A DNA stretch of 64,000 nt from Actinomycetota bacterium (GTDB taxonomy: Bacteria > Actinomycetota > Acidimicrobiia > Acidimicrobiales > JACCXE01). Below the pieces are notes generated by a model, which saw only the letters and a program-made list of their open reading frames with translations, had not been told where the DNA came from and searched no databases. A program made the position numbers and the translations under genes. Below, piece by piece: positions 56,634 to 64,000 of the stretch (position 1 is its first letter; every line of letters starts with the position of its first letter). The stretch covers positions 45,147-109,146 of the forward strand of contig JBEEFV010000008.1 in assembly GCA_041166405.1 (NCBI GenBank), in the 5' to 3' direction.

Positions 56634-57822
56634 CCAGTCCCGCCTCGTAGGCGAGCACGACGAGTTGTACGCGGTCGCGGGCGTCGAGCTTCTGCAGGAG
56701 GTTGCGCACGTGCGTTTTCACCGTGGCCTCGGAGATGAACAGGGTCGCCGCGAGTTCGCCGTTCGTCAGTCCGCGGGCGATGTGAGTGAGGACCTCGATC
56801 TCGCGATCGCTGAGCCCGTCGATCGGCTTGTGATCCGCGCGCGACGGCTTGTTGCCGCGCGTGAACTCGCCGATGAGTTTGCGCGTGATCGACGGCGCCA
56901 GGAGTGACTCGCCTGCCGCGACGACTTGGATGGCGCGCACGACGTCGGCCGGTGGCGCGTCCTTCAGCATGAACCCGCTCGCGCCGGCGCGCAGTGCGTC
57001 GTAGACGTACTCGTCGAGGTCGAACGTCGTCAGGATCACCACGCGTGGCCCGCCGCCGGACGCGGTGATCTGCTGCGTGGCCTCGATGCCGTTCATCACG
57101 GGCATGCGGATGTCCATGAGCACGACGTCGGGCTGCGCGTCGGCGATCACCTCGAGCGCTTCCACGCCGTTGCGCGCCTCGCCGACGACCTGCAGCCCGT
57201 CGGTGGCGCCGAGGATGAGGCGGAAGCCGGTGCGCACCATTTCTTGGTCGTCGACGATGACGACCCGGATGACGCCCGACGCGTGTTCCTTGGTCGTCCC
57301 GACATTCGGCGGCGGAAATGTGTCGGGAAGTTGGCCGTCGAGCACTTGGTACAGGTCGACGGGCGCGCTCACGCCGCGCAGCGCGAACGCGCCGAGGTGA
57401 CGGCACTCGACGTTGGCGGCGTCGTGGGTCTCGCCGCTGAGCAAGATCTGGCCGCCGTGGGCCGCCGCGCACACGCGCGCCGCTTCGTGCACGGCGAAGC
57501 CGACGAGCTCGCCACCGTCGACTTCGACTTCGCCGGTGTGCAGTCCCATGCGCACTTGCAGTTCGAGCCCGACGGGCCATGCGTTGGCGCGCAGCGCGAT
57601 CTGCGCGGCGACGGCGGCGGCAACGGCGTTCTCGGCGTTGGCGAACTCTGCGAAGTAGCCGTCGCCCGTCGTGCGCACCTCGTCGCCGTCGTGCTGCGCG
57701 CACACGCGTCGCATGATGCGGCGGTGGTCGGCCAGCGCGTCGCCCCACTTGTCGCCGTGCGCTTCCACCAGGCTGGTCGAGCCCTCGATGTCGGTGAACA
57801 GAAACGTCGCCGTGCGTGTCAT
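56611..57822 (-). CDS. response regulator with N-terminal class III adenylate/guanylate cyclase domain: CHD-REC-LuxR(HTH)
   Basis: Start is MTRTATFLFTDIEGST, inside ORF 56611..58095, with an ATGA overlap with the kinase at 57819-57822. CHD motifs are FTDIEGS, TTGDGYFAEF and AVHEAARV. REC motifs are VIVDDQ, VVLMDIRMP, ILTTF and FMLKD. HTH is LSDREIEVLTHIARGLTNGELAATLFISEATVKTHVRNLLQKL. Confidence 0.8.
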   Translation of the reverse strand: MTRTATFLFTDIEGSTSLVEAHGDKWGDALADHRRIMRRVCAQHDGDEVRTTGDGYFAEFANAENAVAAAVAAQIALRANAWPVGLELQVRMGLHTGEVEVDGGELVGFAVHEAARVCAAAHGGQILLSGETHDAANVECRHLGAFALRGVSAPVDLYQVLDGQLPDTFPPPNVGTTKEHASGVIRVVIVDDQEMVRTGFRLILGATDGLQVVGEARNGVEALEVIADAQPDVVLMDIRMPVMNGIEATQQITASGGGPRVVILTTFDLDEYVYDALRAGASGFMLKDAPPADVVRAIQVVAAGESLLAPSITRKLIGEFTRGNKPSRADHKPIDGLSDREIEVLTHIARGLTNGELAATLFISEATVKTHVRNLLQKLDARDRVQLVVLAYEAGLVTTTTDA

Positions 57823-59150
57823 GACTCGATCGGGAGTCGGGCCACGACTTCGAAACCGGTGGCGTCGGACCGCGGCCCGGCGGTGAGTTCGCCGTCGAGC
57901 AGCGACACGCGCTCGCGCATGCCGATGAGCCCGAGGCCGGCGCTGCGCACCCTGGGAGTGGCGAGCGGACGCCCGTTGTCGCGGATCTCCACGGTCACCA
58001 TGTCTGGGTTGTAGCTCAACACAACGTCGACCTTCGTGGCGTCGCCGTGCTTGGTCGCGTTCGTGAGCGCCTCCTGCACGAGCCGGTAGATGCACAGCTC
58101 GACGCCGCCGGGGAGGTCGCGGACTTCGCCGCGCTTTTCGACGTGCACGGCCAGGCCCGCCGTCGTGCGTTCGGCGAGCCGGTCGAGTTCGGCGAGACCC
58201 GGCTGCGGTTCGAGCGTGACGTCGCCGGTTTCGCCGCTCGGCCGTCGCAGCACTCCGAGCATGCGCCGCAGTTCGGTCAGGGCGTCACGTCCCGCGGAGG
58301 CGACCGACGCCAGCGCGGCCCGGTCACCGGTCATCGACGCCGCTTCGGCTTGCAACGTCATGGCGGTGACGTGATGCGACACGACGTCGTGCAGTTCACG
58401 GGCGATGCGCGCCCGCTCGTCGTCGACTGCGAGGTCGCGTGCGGCTTCGAGTTTCATGGCGCGCTCGTTCATCCGATTGAGATCGCTCCGGGCGACCTGC
58501 ATCAGTCCTGCGAGAAACATGAATGCCGCCACGCGCAGAGCTTCTTCCCCGAAGCGGTGCGACGTGAAGGGCTGACCGCTCAACAACATCTGCGGCGCGT
58601 GATGCGGGACCTCGATCCCGAAGACTTGAACGACGGTTCCGCCCACGGCGTAGCCGGTGGCGAGTCCGTAGACGAACGGGTTGTCCATGGCGAGCGAGAT
58701 CGCGGCGGCCAAGAACGAACCGATCATGACTATGGATGTTCCGCCGCTGCCGGCGCGTGTGACGACAACCGCCAACACCAGGATCACGGCGGCGCGAATC
58801 GTTTTCTTCAGCTTCTGCTGGTGGAACCGCGCCGTCGCGGCGACGCCGGCTGCGAGGGTGATCGCGATGTCCGCGGGCTTGCCCCAGGGCAGCAACGGCA
58901 CGCCGGGATACGCCAGCAGAAACCCGAACAGCAGCACCCGACTGACGCCGATGGAAAGCACGGCTATGCGGTCGCCGGGAGCCGTGCTTTCGAGCAGCTG
59001 ATTCGGGTTCTTGTCCACCTCTGCCTGCGCGACGCTCACGCCGCGGCGGAAGTCGGCGTAGCTCTCCTCGACGTATGAGCGGATCCCCATGCCCGCAGTG
59101 TGGCGAATTCGCCCCGCGACCGCATCGACTCCCGGGACGATTCGGCTCAT
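57819..59150 (-). CDS. sensor histidine kinase (HisKA_3/NarX-DesK type), multi-pass membrane
   Basis: H-box ARIARELHDVVSHHVTAM. HATPase segments are VQEALTNATKHG, RDNGRP and GLGLIGMRERV. About 5 N-terminal helices. The start is uncertain (59150 or the ATG at 59090). Confidence 0.8.
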   Translation of the reverse strand: MSRIVPGVDAVAGRIRHTAGMGIRSYVEESYADFRRGVSVAQAEVDKNPNQLLESTAPGDRIAVLSIGVSRVLLFGFLLAYPGVPLLPWGKPADIAITLAAGVAATARFHQQKLKKTIRAAVILVLAVVVTRAGSGGTSIVMIGSFLAAAISLAMDNPFVYGLATGYAVGGTVVQVFGIEVPHHAPQMLLSGQPFTSHRFGEEALRVAAFMFLAGLMQVARSDLNRMNERAMKLEAARDLAVDDERARIARELHDVVSHHVTAMTLQAEAASMTGDRAALASVASAGRDALTELRRMLGVLRRPSGETGDVTLEPQPGLAELDRLAERTTAGLAVHVEKRGEVRDLPGGVELCIYRLVQEALTNATKHGDATKVDVVLSYNPDMVTVEIRDNGRPLATPRVRSAGLGLIGMRERVSLLDGELTAGPRSDATGFEVVARLPIES

Positions 59151-59177
59151 CCCGTGGGATGACGCTGCGCTAGCGCG

Positions 59178-59948
59178 TCACGCCTGCTGCTGGGACTCCG
59201 CGAACTCGACGTTGCCTTGCAGGAACACGTCGATGTTGCTCATCTTGAATTCGGCGATCGACTTCATGTCGGGCACGTAGAGCTCGAAGGCGTCGCCTTC
59301 GATGCAGTCGATGATCCCCTGCGCGACGGTCTCGGGCGGCTCTTTGTCGCCGTGGAAGAACGGCTCGTCGTTGCCGGGCAGATCCCAGATCTCGGTGTCG
59401 ATCGCACCCGGGATGATCAAGCGCACGTCGACGCCGGTGCGCCAGAGATCCATCGCCATCGACTCGCTCCAGCCGCACAGCGCGAACTTCGACGCGCAGT
59501 ACGCGGCCTCGTGGACGATGCCCGCGCGGCCACCGAACGACGACACGTTCACGACCATCCCGTGGTCGCGCGCCAGCCATTTCGGCAGCAGCGCTTGGGT
59601 CATGCGGACGGGCGACTCGAAGTTGACGCGCATCGTTTCCGCGATCTCGTCCAGGGTCAGGTCCTGCACGGACCGGCGCTTCGGAATTGCGGCGTTGTTG
59701 ACGAGGATGTCGACGCCGCCCATGTCGTCCCACGCCTGCAAGATCATCGCCTCAGCGGCGCCGGGGTCGTCCATGTCGCACACGTAGTGCCGAGCCGCGC
59801 CACCGGCCTTGACCATGTCGGTGAGGCGCTCCTGGCGGCGGGCCACGACGGCGACGGTTGCGCCCGCGGCCGTCATCATCGGGGCGAGGGCGGCGCCGAT
59901 CCCGGCCGACGCCCCCGTCACCACGACGTTGCTGCCGGCGACCTTCAC
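59178..59948 (-). CDS. short-chain dehydrogenase/reductase (SDR)
   Basis: The GTG at 59948 forms a GTGA overlap with the thiolase stop. Motifs are VVVTGASAGIGAA, NNAA and YCASKFA. Confidence 0.85.
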   Translation of the reverse strand: MKVAGSNVVVTGASAGIGAALAPMMTAAGATVAVVARRQERLTDMVKAGGAARHYVCDMDDPGAAEAMILQAWDDMGGVDILVNNAAIPKRRSVQDLTLDEIAETMRVNFESPVRMTQALLPKWLARDHGMVVNVSSFGGRAGIVHEAAYCASKFALCGWSESMAMDLWRTGVDVRLIIPGAIDTEIWDLPGNDEPFFHGDKEPPETVAQGIIDCIEGDAFELYVPDMKSIAEFKMSNIDVFLQGNVEFAESQQQA

Positions 59949-61132
59949 CGCACGACCTCGATCACGGTGCAGTTGGCCTGACCGCCGCCTTCGCACATCG
60001 TCTGCATGCCGAGCGTGCCACCCGATTGCTCGAGGTGGTTGAGCAACGTCGCCGTCATGCGGACGCCCGTCGCACCGAGGGGATGCCCGATGGCGATCGC
60101 GCCACCGCGGGGGTTGTACTTCTCGGGTTCGGGCTTGAACTCGCGCGCCCACATCAACGCGATCGCCGCGAACGCTTCGTTGCATTCGACGGCATCGAAG
60201 TCCGCCGTCGTGAGACCACTGCGCTCGTAGAGCTTGCGCGTCGCCGGATTGGGCGCGCTCAGCACGAGCACCGGATCTTCGGCCGCTACCGAGAAGTGGC
60301 GCAGCACCGCGCGGTACGGCAGGCCGAGGGCGTCAGCGGTGTCGCGCGACGCGATCAGCATCGCGGCGGCGCCGTCGTTCATCTGCGACGCGTTGCCGGC
60401 GGTGATGTCCTTCGCCGTCTCGGGCTCCCACGACTGGGCGGGTGGCAGTTGCGAGATCTTCTCGTACGACGCGTCGGCGCGAATGCCTTCGTCGCGGTCG
60501 AGCACCGCGCCGGTGAGGTTTCCTTCCTCGTCCTTGATCGGCACCGGCAGGATCTCCCGCGCGAAGTGCCCCGACTCGGTGGCCGCCGCGGCGCGCTGGT
60601 GCGACTGCACCGCGAACTCGTCCATCTCCTGGCGCGTGATCCCCCACTTGTCGGCCAGCTCCTGCGCGACGCGGAACTGCGCGTACAGCTTGCCGTCGAC
60701 CTCGGCGAGGAACTGTTGCGAGAACGGGCCCGTGCCGCCCCGGGCGTTGCTCGCCATCGGCGCGCGCGACATCGATTCGACGCCGCAGGCGATGGCGATG
60801 TCGTACATGCCTGACATGACCGACGCCGCCACGAAGTGCATCGCCTGTTGCGACGAACCGCATTGCCGGTCGACCGATGTTGCCGGCAGCGTCCACGGCA
60901 GTCCCCCGGCGACGACGGCGTTGCGGCCGACGTTGCACCCCTGCTCGCCTGACTGCGTGATGCACCCCGTGACGACGTCGTCGAGACGCTCCGGATCGAC
61001 ACCGGTCCGCTCGACGAGGTGCTTGAGGGTGAATCCGAGCAGGTCGGTCGGATGCCAGCCGCTCAGCGCACCTTTGCGTTTGCCGATCGCGGTGCGCACG
61101 ACGTCGACGATGACTGCTTCACGAACTTCCAT
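59945..61132 (-). CDS. acetyl-CoA C-acyltransferase (degradative thiolase)
   Basis: Active-site Cys region VDRQCGSSQQA, C-terminal NEAFAAIAL and the final GGGQANCTVIE. Confidence 0.9.
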   Translation of the reverse strand: MEVREAVIVDVVRTAIGKRKGALSGWHPTDLLGFTLKHLVERTGVDPERLDDVVTGCITQSGEQGCNVGRNAVVAGGLPWTLPATSVDRQCGSSQQAMHFVAASVMSGMYDIAIACGVESMSRAPMASNARGGTGPFSQQFLAEVDGKLYAQFRVAQELADKWGITRQEMDEFAVQSHQRAAAATESGHFAREILPVPIKDEEGNLTGAVLDRDEGIRADASYEKISQLPPAQSWEPETAKDITAGNASQMNDGAAAMLIASRDTADALGLPYRAVLRHFSVAAEDPVLVLSAPNPATRKLYERSGLTTADFDAVECNEAFAAIALMWAREFKPEPEKYNPRGGAIAIGHPLGATGVRMTATLLNHLEQSGGTLGMQTMCEGGGQANCTVIEVVR

Positions 61133-61144
61133 GGCCTACGTCCT

Positions 61145-62638
61145 TCACTGAGCCTTCACGAGATTCACGCCGCCGTCGGCGGGCACCAATTCGACGGTTG
61201 CGCCGACGAATTCGCGTTCTTCCATTTCCGCCAACAACGCCGGGTCGTCGACTTTGCCGTAGGCGCGCGAGCCGTCGCCGACGTCACCGATGACGAGGCC
61301 CCACTCCGGCGCGCCGTCGCGTCCATGGGCGACCGTGTAGCTGGCGACGGTGACTGGGCCCGCGTGCACATCGGTGATCGGCACGGGCTCACGCACGTCG
61401 AGGGAGGACTGCACGCCCTTTTGATCCGGCACGATCACGTCGCCCGGTGTCGTCGAGTACACGCCGTAGCAGTGCTTCGTCATGTGCATGCCGACGCCCG
61501 ATACGAGACCGGTCGAGCCAGGATCGGCGCGCAGGGTGTCGACCATCGCAGCAATCGAGTGCAGCATGTAGTTGCTGCCCGCTCCGCCTGCGAAGGGCAG
61601 TCCGCCGGTGACGGTGAGGCCGCGCGCGTCCTCGGTCTTGATGCCGAGGGCGTCGCACGCGAGATGCACCGACGACGCGAAGCACGAGTACAGATCGATG
61701 TGGGCGACGTTGTCGATTGCGGTACCTGCGCAGCGGAACGCCTCGGCGGAGCCGGCCACCATCGCCGGCGAGCGGAACAGATCGCGGTGCTCGGCGACGT
61801 AGACGGGATCGGTGGCGTAGCACCACCCGCGGAGGTACACGCGGCGATCCTGTGGGACGCCGAGCTCGTCGGCCTTGGCGTGCGACGCCACGATGACGGT
61901 CGCCGCCATGTCGACGTCCATCACCGAGATCTCGTACTTCGTGTAGGGGTAGCCGACCATGCGGTTGTCGGGCGTGGCGTCGCGCAACTCGGCGACGCTG
62001 CGCGCCTTCGGGAACCACGCGTACGGATTCGTCGCTGCCACCCGCGACATCGGCGCCAGCAGCTGCGCCACCCGCTGGCGGTAGTCGTCGGGCGCGATGC
62101 CGAGGCGGGCGCGGCGCGCCACGTCGAACAGCGGGAACGTCAGCCATGCTTGGAAGACGTTGTGCGCGGTCTCGGCGGGATGGAACGGTGCCTCGAACGG
62201 GAACGGCGGCGACTGCTCGGCCTTGAACGACCACTGCACGCGCTCGCCCGCCTTCTTCGCTTGGCGCTTCGTCTCGAGTGCCTCCGCGCCGGTGATAACG
62301 GCGAGGTCCATCTCCCCGCGGATGATGGCCTCCGCGGCGTCGTCCACGAGCACCTGCGGGGTCGTGCCGCCGATGCCCGAATAGAAGCGGTGCTTCGGCT
62401 CGATGCCAAGCGATTCTGCGAGCCGGTCGACCGGTGAGTCGTATGCCCACGCCATGCAGTACACGATCTGCAGCGAGTCGGCCGCCGCGAGCACATCGCT
62501 GTTGGCCTGCGCGTCCTGCGCGGCGCGCCGGCACACGTCGTCCCACAACGCGAGCGGTTCGGGCGACGGGCCTTGCCCAGGGTGCACCGTGCGCTGGGCG
62601 ACGCCGATCACGCACGGCGTGCGCGGATCGATCGGCAT
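61145..62638 (-). CDS. thiolase-like (acetyl-CoA acetyltransferase family) protein, about 500 aa with C-terminal extension
   Basis: Start is MPIDPRTPCVIGVAQ, inside ORF 61145..62842. The middle has a thiolase-like fold (DLYSCFASSVHLACDALG, GGLPFAGGAGSNY). The start overlaps the upstream stop by 1 nt (TGATG). Confidence 0.65.
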   Translation of the reverse strand: MPIDPRTPCVIGVAQRTVHPGQGPSPEPLALWDDVCRRAAQDAQANSDVLAAADSLQIVYCMAWAYDSPVDRLAESLGIEPKHRFYSGIGGTTPQVLVDDAAEAIIRGEMDLAVITGAEALETKRQAKKAGERVQWSFKAEQSPPFPFEAPFHPAETAHNVFQAWLTFPLFDVARRARLGIAPDDYRQRVAQLLAPMSRVAATNPYAWFPKARSVAELRDATPDNRMVGYPYTKYEISVMDVDMAATVIVASHAKADELGVPQDRRVYLRGWCYATDPVYVAEHRDLFRSPAMVAGSAEAFRCAGTAIDNVAHIDLYSCFASSVHLACDALGIKTEDARGLTVTGGLPFAGGAGSNYMLHSIAAMVDTLRADPGSTGLVSGVGMHMTKHCYGVYSTTPGDVIVPDQKGVQSSLDVREPVPITDVHAGPVTVASYTVAHGRDGAPEWGLVIGDVGDGSRAYGKVDDPALLAEMEEREFVGATVELVPADGGVNLVKAQ

Positions 62639-63450
62639 CAGGTACCTGACCAGTTGGGCTCGCGCTTTTCGGCGAACGCCTTCGGCCCTTCCTTGGCGTC
62701 GTTGCTCGAGAAGATCTTGCCGGCGAGCTCGCTTTCGATCTTGAACGCTTCTTTCTGCGACCCCGCAGCCATACCGCGCAGCACGCTCTCCTTCGTTGCC
62801 TGCACGGCCAGGGGTGCGTTGGCGTTGATGCGCCGGGCCCACTCGACGGCGCAGTCCTGCAACTGGTCAGCGGGCACGATCTCGTTGAGCAAGCCGAGTT
62901 CGAGGCACCGCGACGCCGGAAACGCCTCGGCGGTGAGGAGGAACTCCATCGCCGCCGGGAACGGGATCTGCGCCGGCAGCCGAACCGTGGTGCCGCCGCC
63001 GGCGAACAAGCCACGCTTCGGTTCCATCACTCCGAACACCGCGCGCTCCGTCGCGATGCGAATGTCGACGCCGCCCAACATCTCCATGCCGCCGGCGACG
63101 CACGGTCCGTCGACCGCGGCGATGATCGGCTTGTAGATCTTGAGCGAGCGCAGCACGGCGTCGGTTCCGTCGCGCAATTTGCAGCCGTCGATCTCGTCGA
63201 CGCCGCCCTTCTGGATCTCCGCCTGCAGCTCCGTGATCTGCGGGATGTACGTCTTCAGGTCGGCGCCCGACATGAAGTGGCCCTCGACGCCGGTGACGAT
63301 CGCCACCCAATCGTCAGGGTCGTCGCGGAAGCGTCGCCACGCGTTGGCGAGATCGCGGAAGTGGTACAGGTCCATCGAGTTGCGCGCCTCAGGGCGATCG
63401 ATGGTGATGCGGGCGACGTGGCCCCCGATCTGTTCATAGTGAATCGGCAT
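62638..63450 (-). CDS. enoyl-CoA hydratase/isomerase (crotonase) family
   Basis: Start is MPIHYEQIGGHVARITIDRPEARNS, inside ORF 62638..63753. Also carries AAVDGPCVAGGMEM. Confidence 0.85.
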   Translation of the reverse strand: MPIHYEQIGGHVARITIDRPEARNSMDLYHFRDLANAWRRFRDDPDDWVAIVTGVEGHFMSGADLKTYIPQITELQAEIQKGGVDEIDGCKLRDGTDAVLRSLKIYKPIIAAVDGPCVAGGMEMLGGVDIRIATERAVFGVMEPKRGLFAGGGTTVRLPAQIPFPAAMEFLLTAEAFPASRCLELGLLNEIVPADQLQDCAVEWARRINANAPLAVQATKESVLRGMAAGSQKEAFKIESELAGKIFSSNDAKEGPKAFAEKREPNWSGT

Positions 63451-63475
63451 CGCGTCTGAGCGTAACGTGACACGC

Positions 63476-64000
63476 GTGTTAGAAGCTTCGTCGATCGCCA
63501 TCGGCGACGACCATGTCGCGCTCGCCGAAACGGTTCGGAAATTCGCCGCGGCGAACATCGGCCCCGCAGTCATGCGCACGTACGAAGCGCCGTTCTGGGA
63601 CGAGCTGGCGAACCTCGGCTTTCTCGGCGGCGACGGGTTCGGATTCCTCGAGTCGGCGATCGTGCTCGAAGAATTGGGTCGCGTCTGCGCGCCCGGGCCG
63701 ATCCTGCCGACGATGTGGGCGGCGGCGCTGCTGCGCGCCGCGGGCGCCGACACCGACGGGTTGTACGACGGATCGCGTCGCGCCTCGGTCGCCTACGCCG
63801 ACGGGCTGGCGCTGTGCGGCGCCGACGCGGACGTGATCGTCATGCCGCACGGCGACGGATGGGCGGCGGTCACCGCGTTCGACGCGGAACCCGTCGAATC
63901 GCTCGACCCCACGCGGCCCGTCGCTCGCATCAGCGGTGGCGAAGCGACACCGCTTGAGTTGCAACGCGGGTGGATCAAGGCGATCACCGCGGCGTTGTTC
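63476..64000 (+). CDS. acyl-CoA dehydrogenase-family protein, N-terminal part (runs off the window)
   Basis: Not in the ORF track because it has no stop. Hand translation from the GTG at 63476 (alternative 63467) is open to 64000. The sequence VLEASSIAIGDDHVALAETVRKFAAANIG...WDELANLGFLG...ESAIVLEELGRVCAPGP is an ACAD N-terminal-like pattern. Confidence 0.55.
   Translation, partial: MLEASSIAIGDDHVALAETVRKFAAANIGPAVMRTYEAPFWDELANLGFLGGDGFGFLESAIVLEELGRVCAPGPILPTMWAAALLRAAGADTDGLYDGSRRASVAYADGLALCGADADVIVMPHGDGWAAVTAFDAEPVESLDPTRPVARISGGEATPLELQRGWIKAITAALF

Noticed and set aside
1-64000. tRNA, rRNA, riboswitch or other structured RNA genes.
   Set aside because: Apart from the repeat array, no intergenic gap exceeds about 95 bp. 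Nothing resembling a tRNA cloverleaf or a known riboswitch core was noticed by eye, and no covariance search could be run.

Overview
A 64-kb, very GC-rich, gene-dense chromosomal segment of actinobacterial type. G+C was not computed. Genes are often joined by ATGA or GTGA start/stop overlaps. I support about 70 features. Most of the window is a lipid, steroid-like or organic-acid catabolic supercluster: 3 acyl-CoA synthetases, at least 4 acyl-CoA dehydrogenases (one an alpha/beta-type pair), 2 crotonases, 3 thiolase-like proteins (one paired with a DUF35 OB-fold protein), 7 short-chain dehydrogenases, 2 Zn-alcohol dehydrogenases, a cytochrome P450, a Baeyer-Villiger monooxygenase, a GMC oxidoreductase with its small subunit, amidohydrolases and VOC/cupin proteins. 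Transport functions are a LivHM(fused)-LivG-LivF ABC importer with a convergent lipoprotein binding protein, plus an MFS transporter. Regulators are a TPR-LuxR protein and a two-component pair whose response regulator carries an N-terminal class III cyclase domain. Two genes look broken: a copper amine oxidase with one in-frame TAA, and a DinB/TIGR03086-like gene with a frameshift. Other notable items are a DUF222/HNH gene, a roughly 380-bp array of a 17-nt core repeat in both orientations, and two AT-rich palindromes that embed the stop codons of convergent genes. The most interesting locus is 49.1-52.2 kb. It is a lasso-peptide-type RiPP cluster with a PqqD/B1 protein, a B2 protease, an HprK-like kinase and a nucleotidyltransferase. 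It also holds an unlisted 42-codon precursor gene whose leader matches the canonical YxxPxLx3Gx5Tx motif exactly. No asparagine-synthetase-like cyclase occurs anywhere in the window, and the 14-aa core has no Asp/Glu at positions 7-9. No tRNA, rRNA, cas genes or transposases were seen. All family calls come from motif reading by eye. No database search was run.
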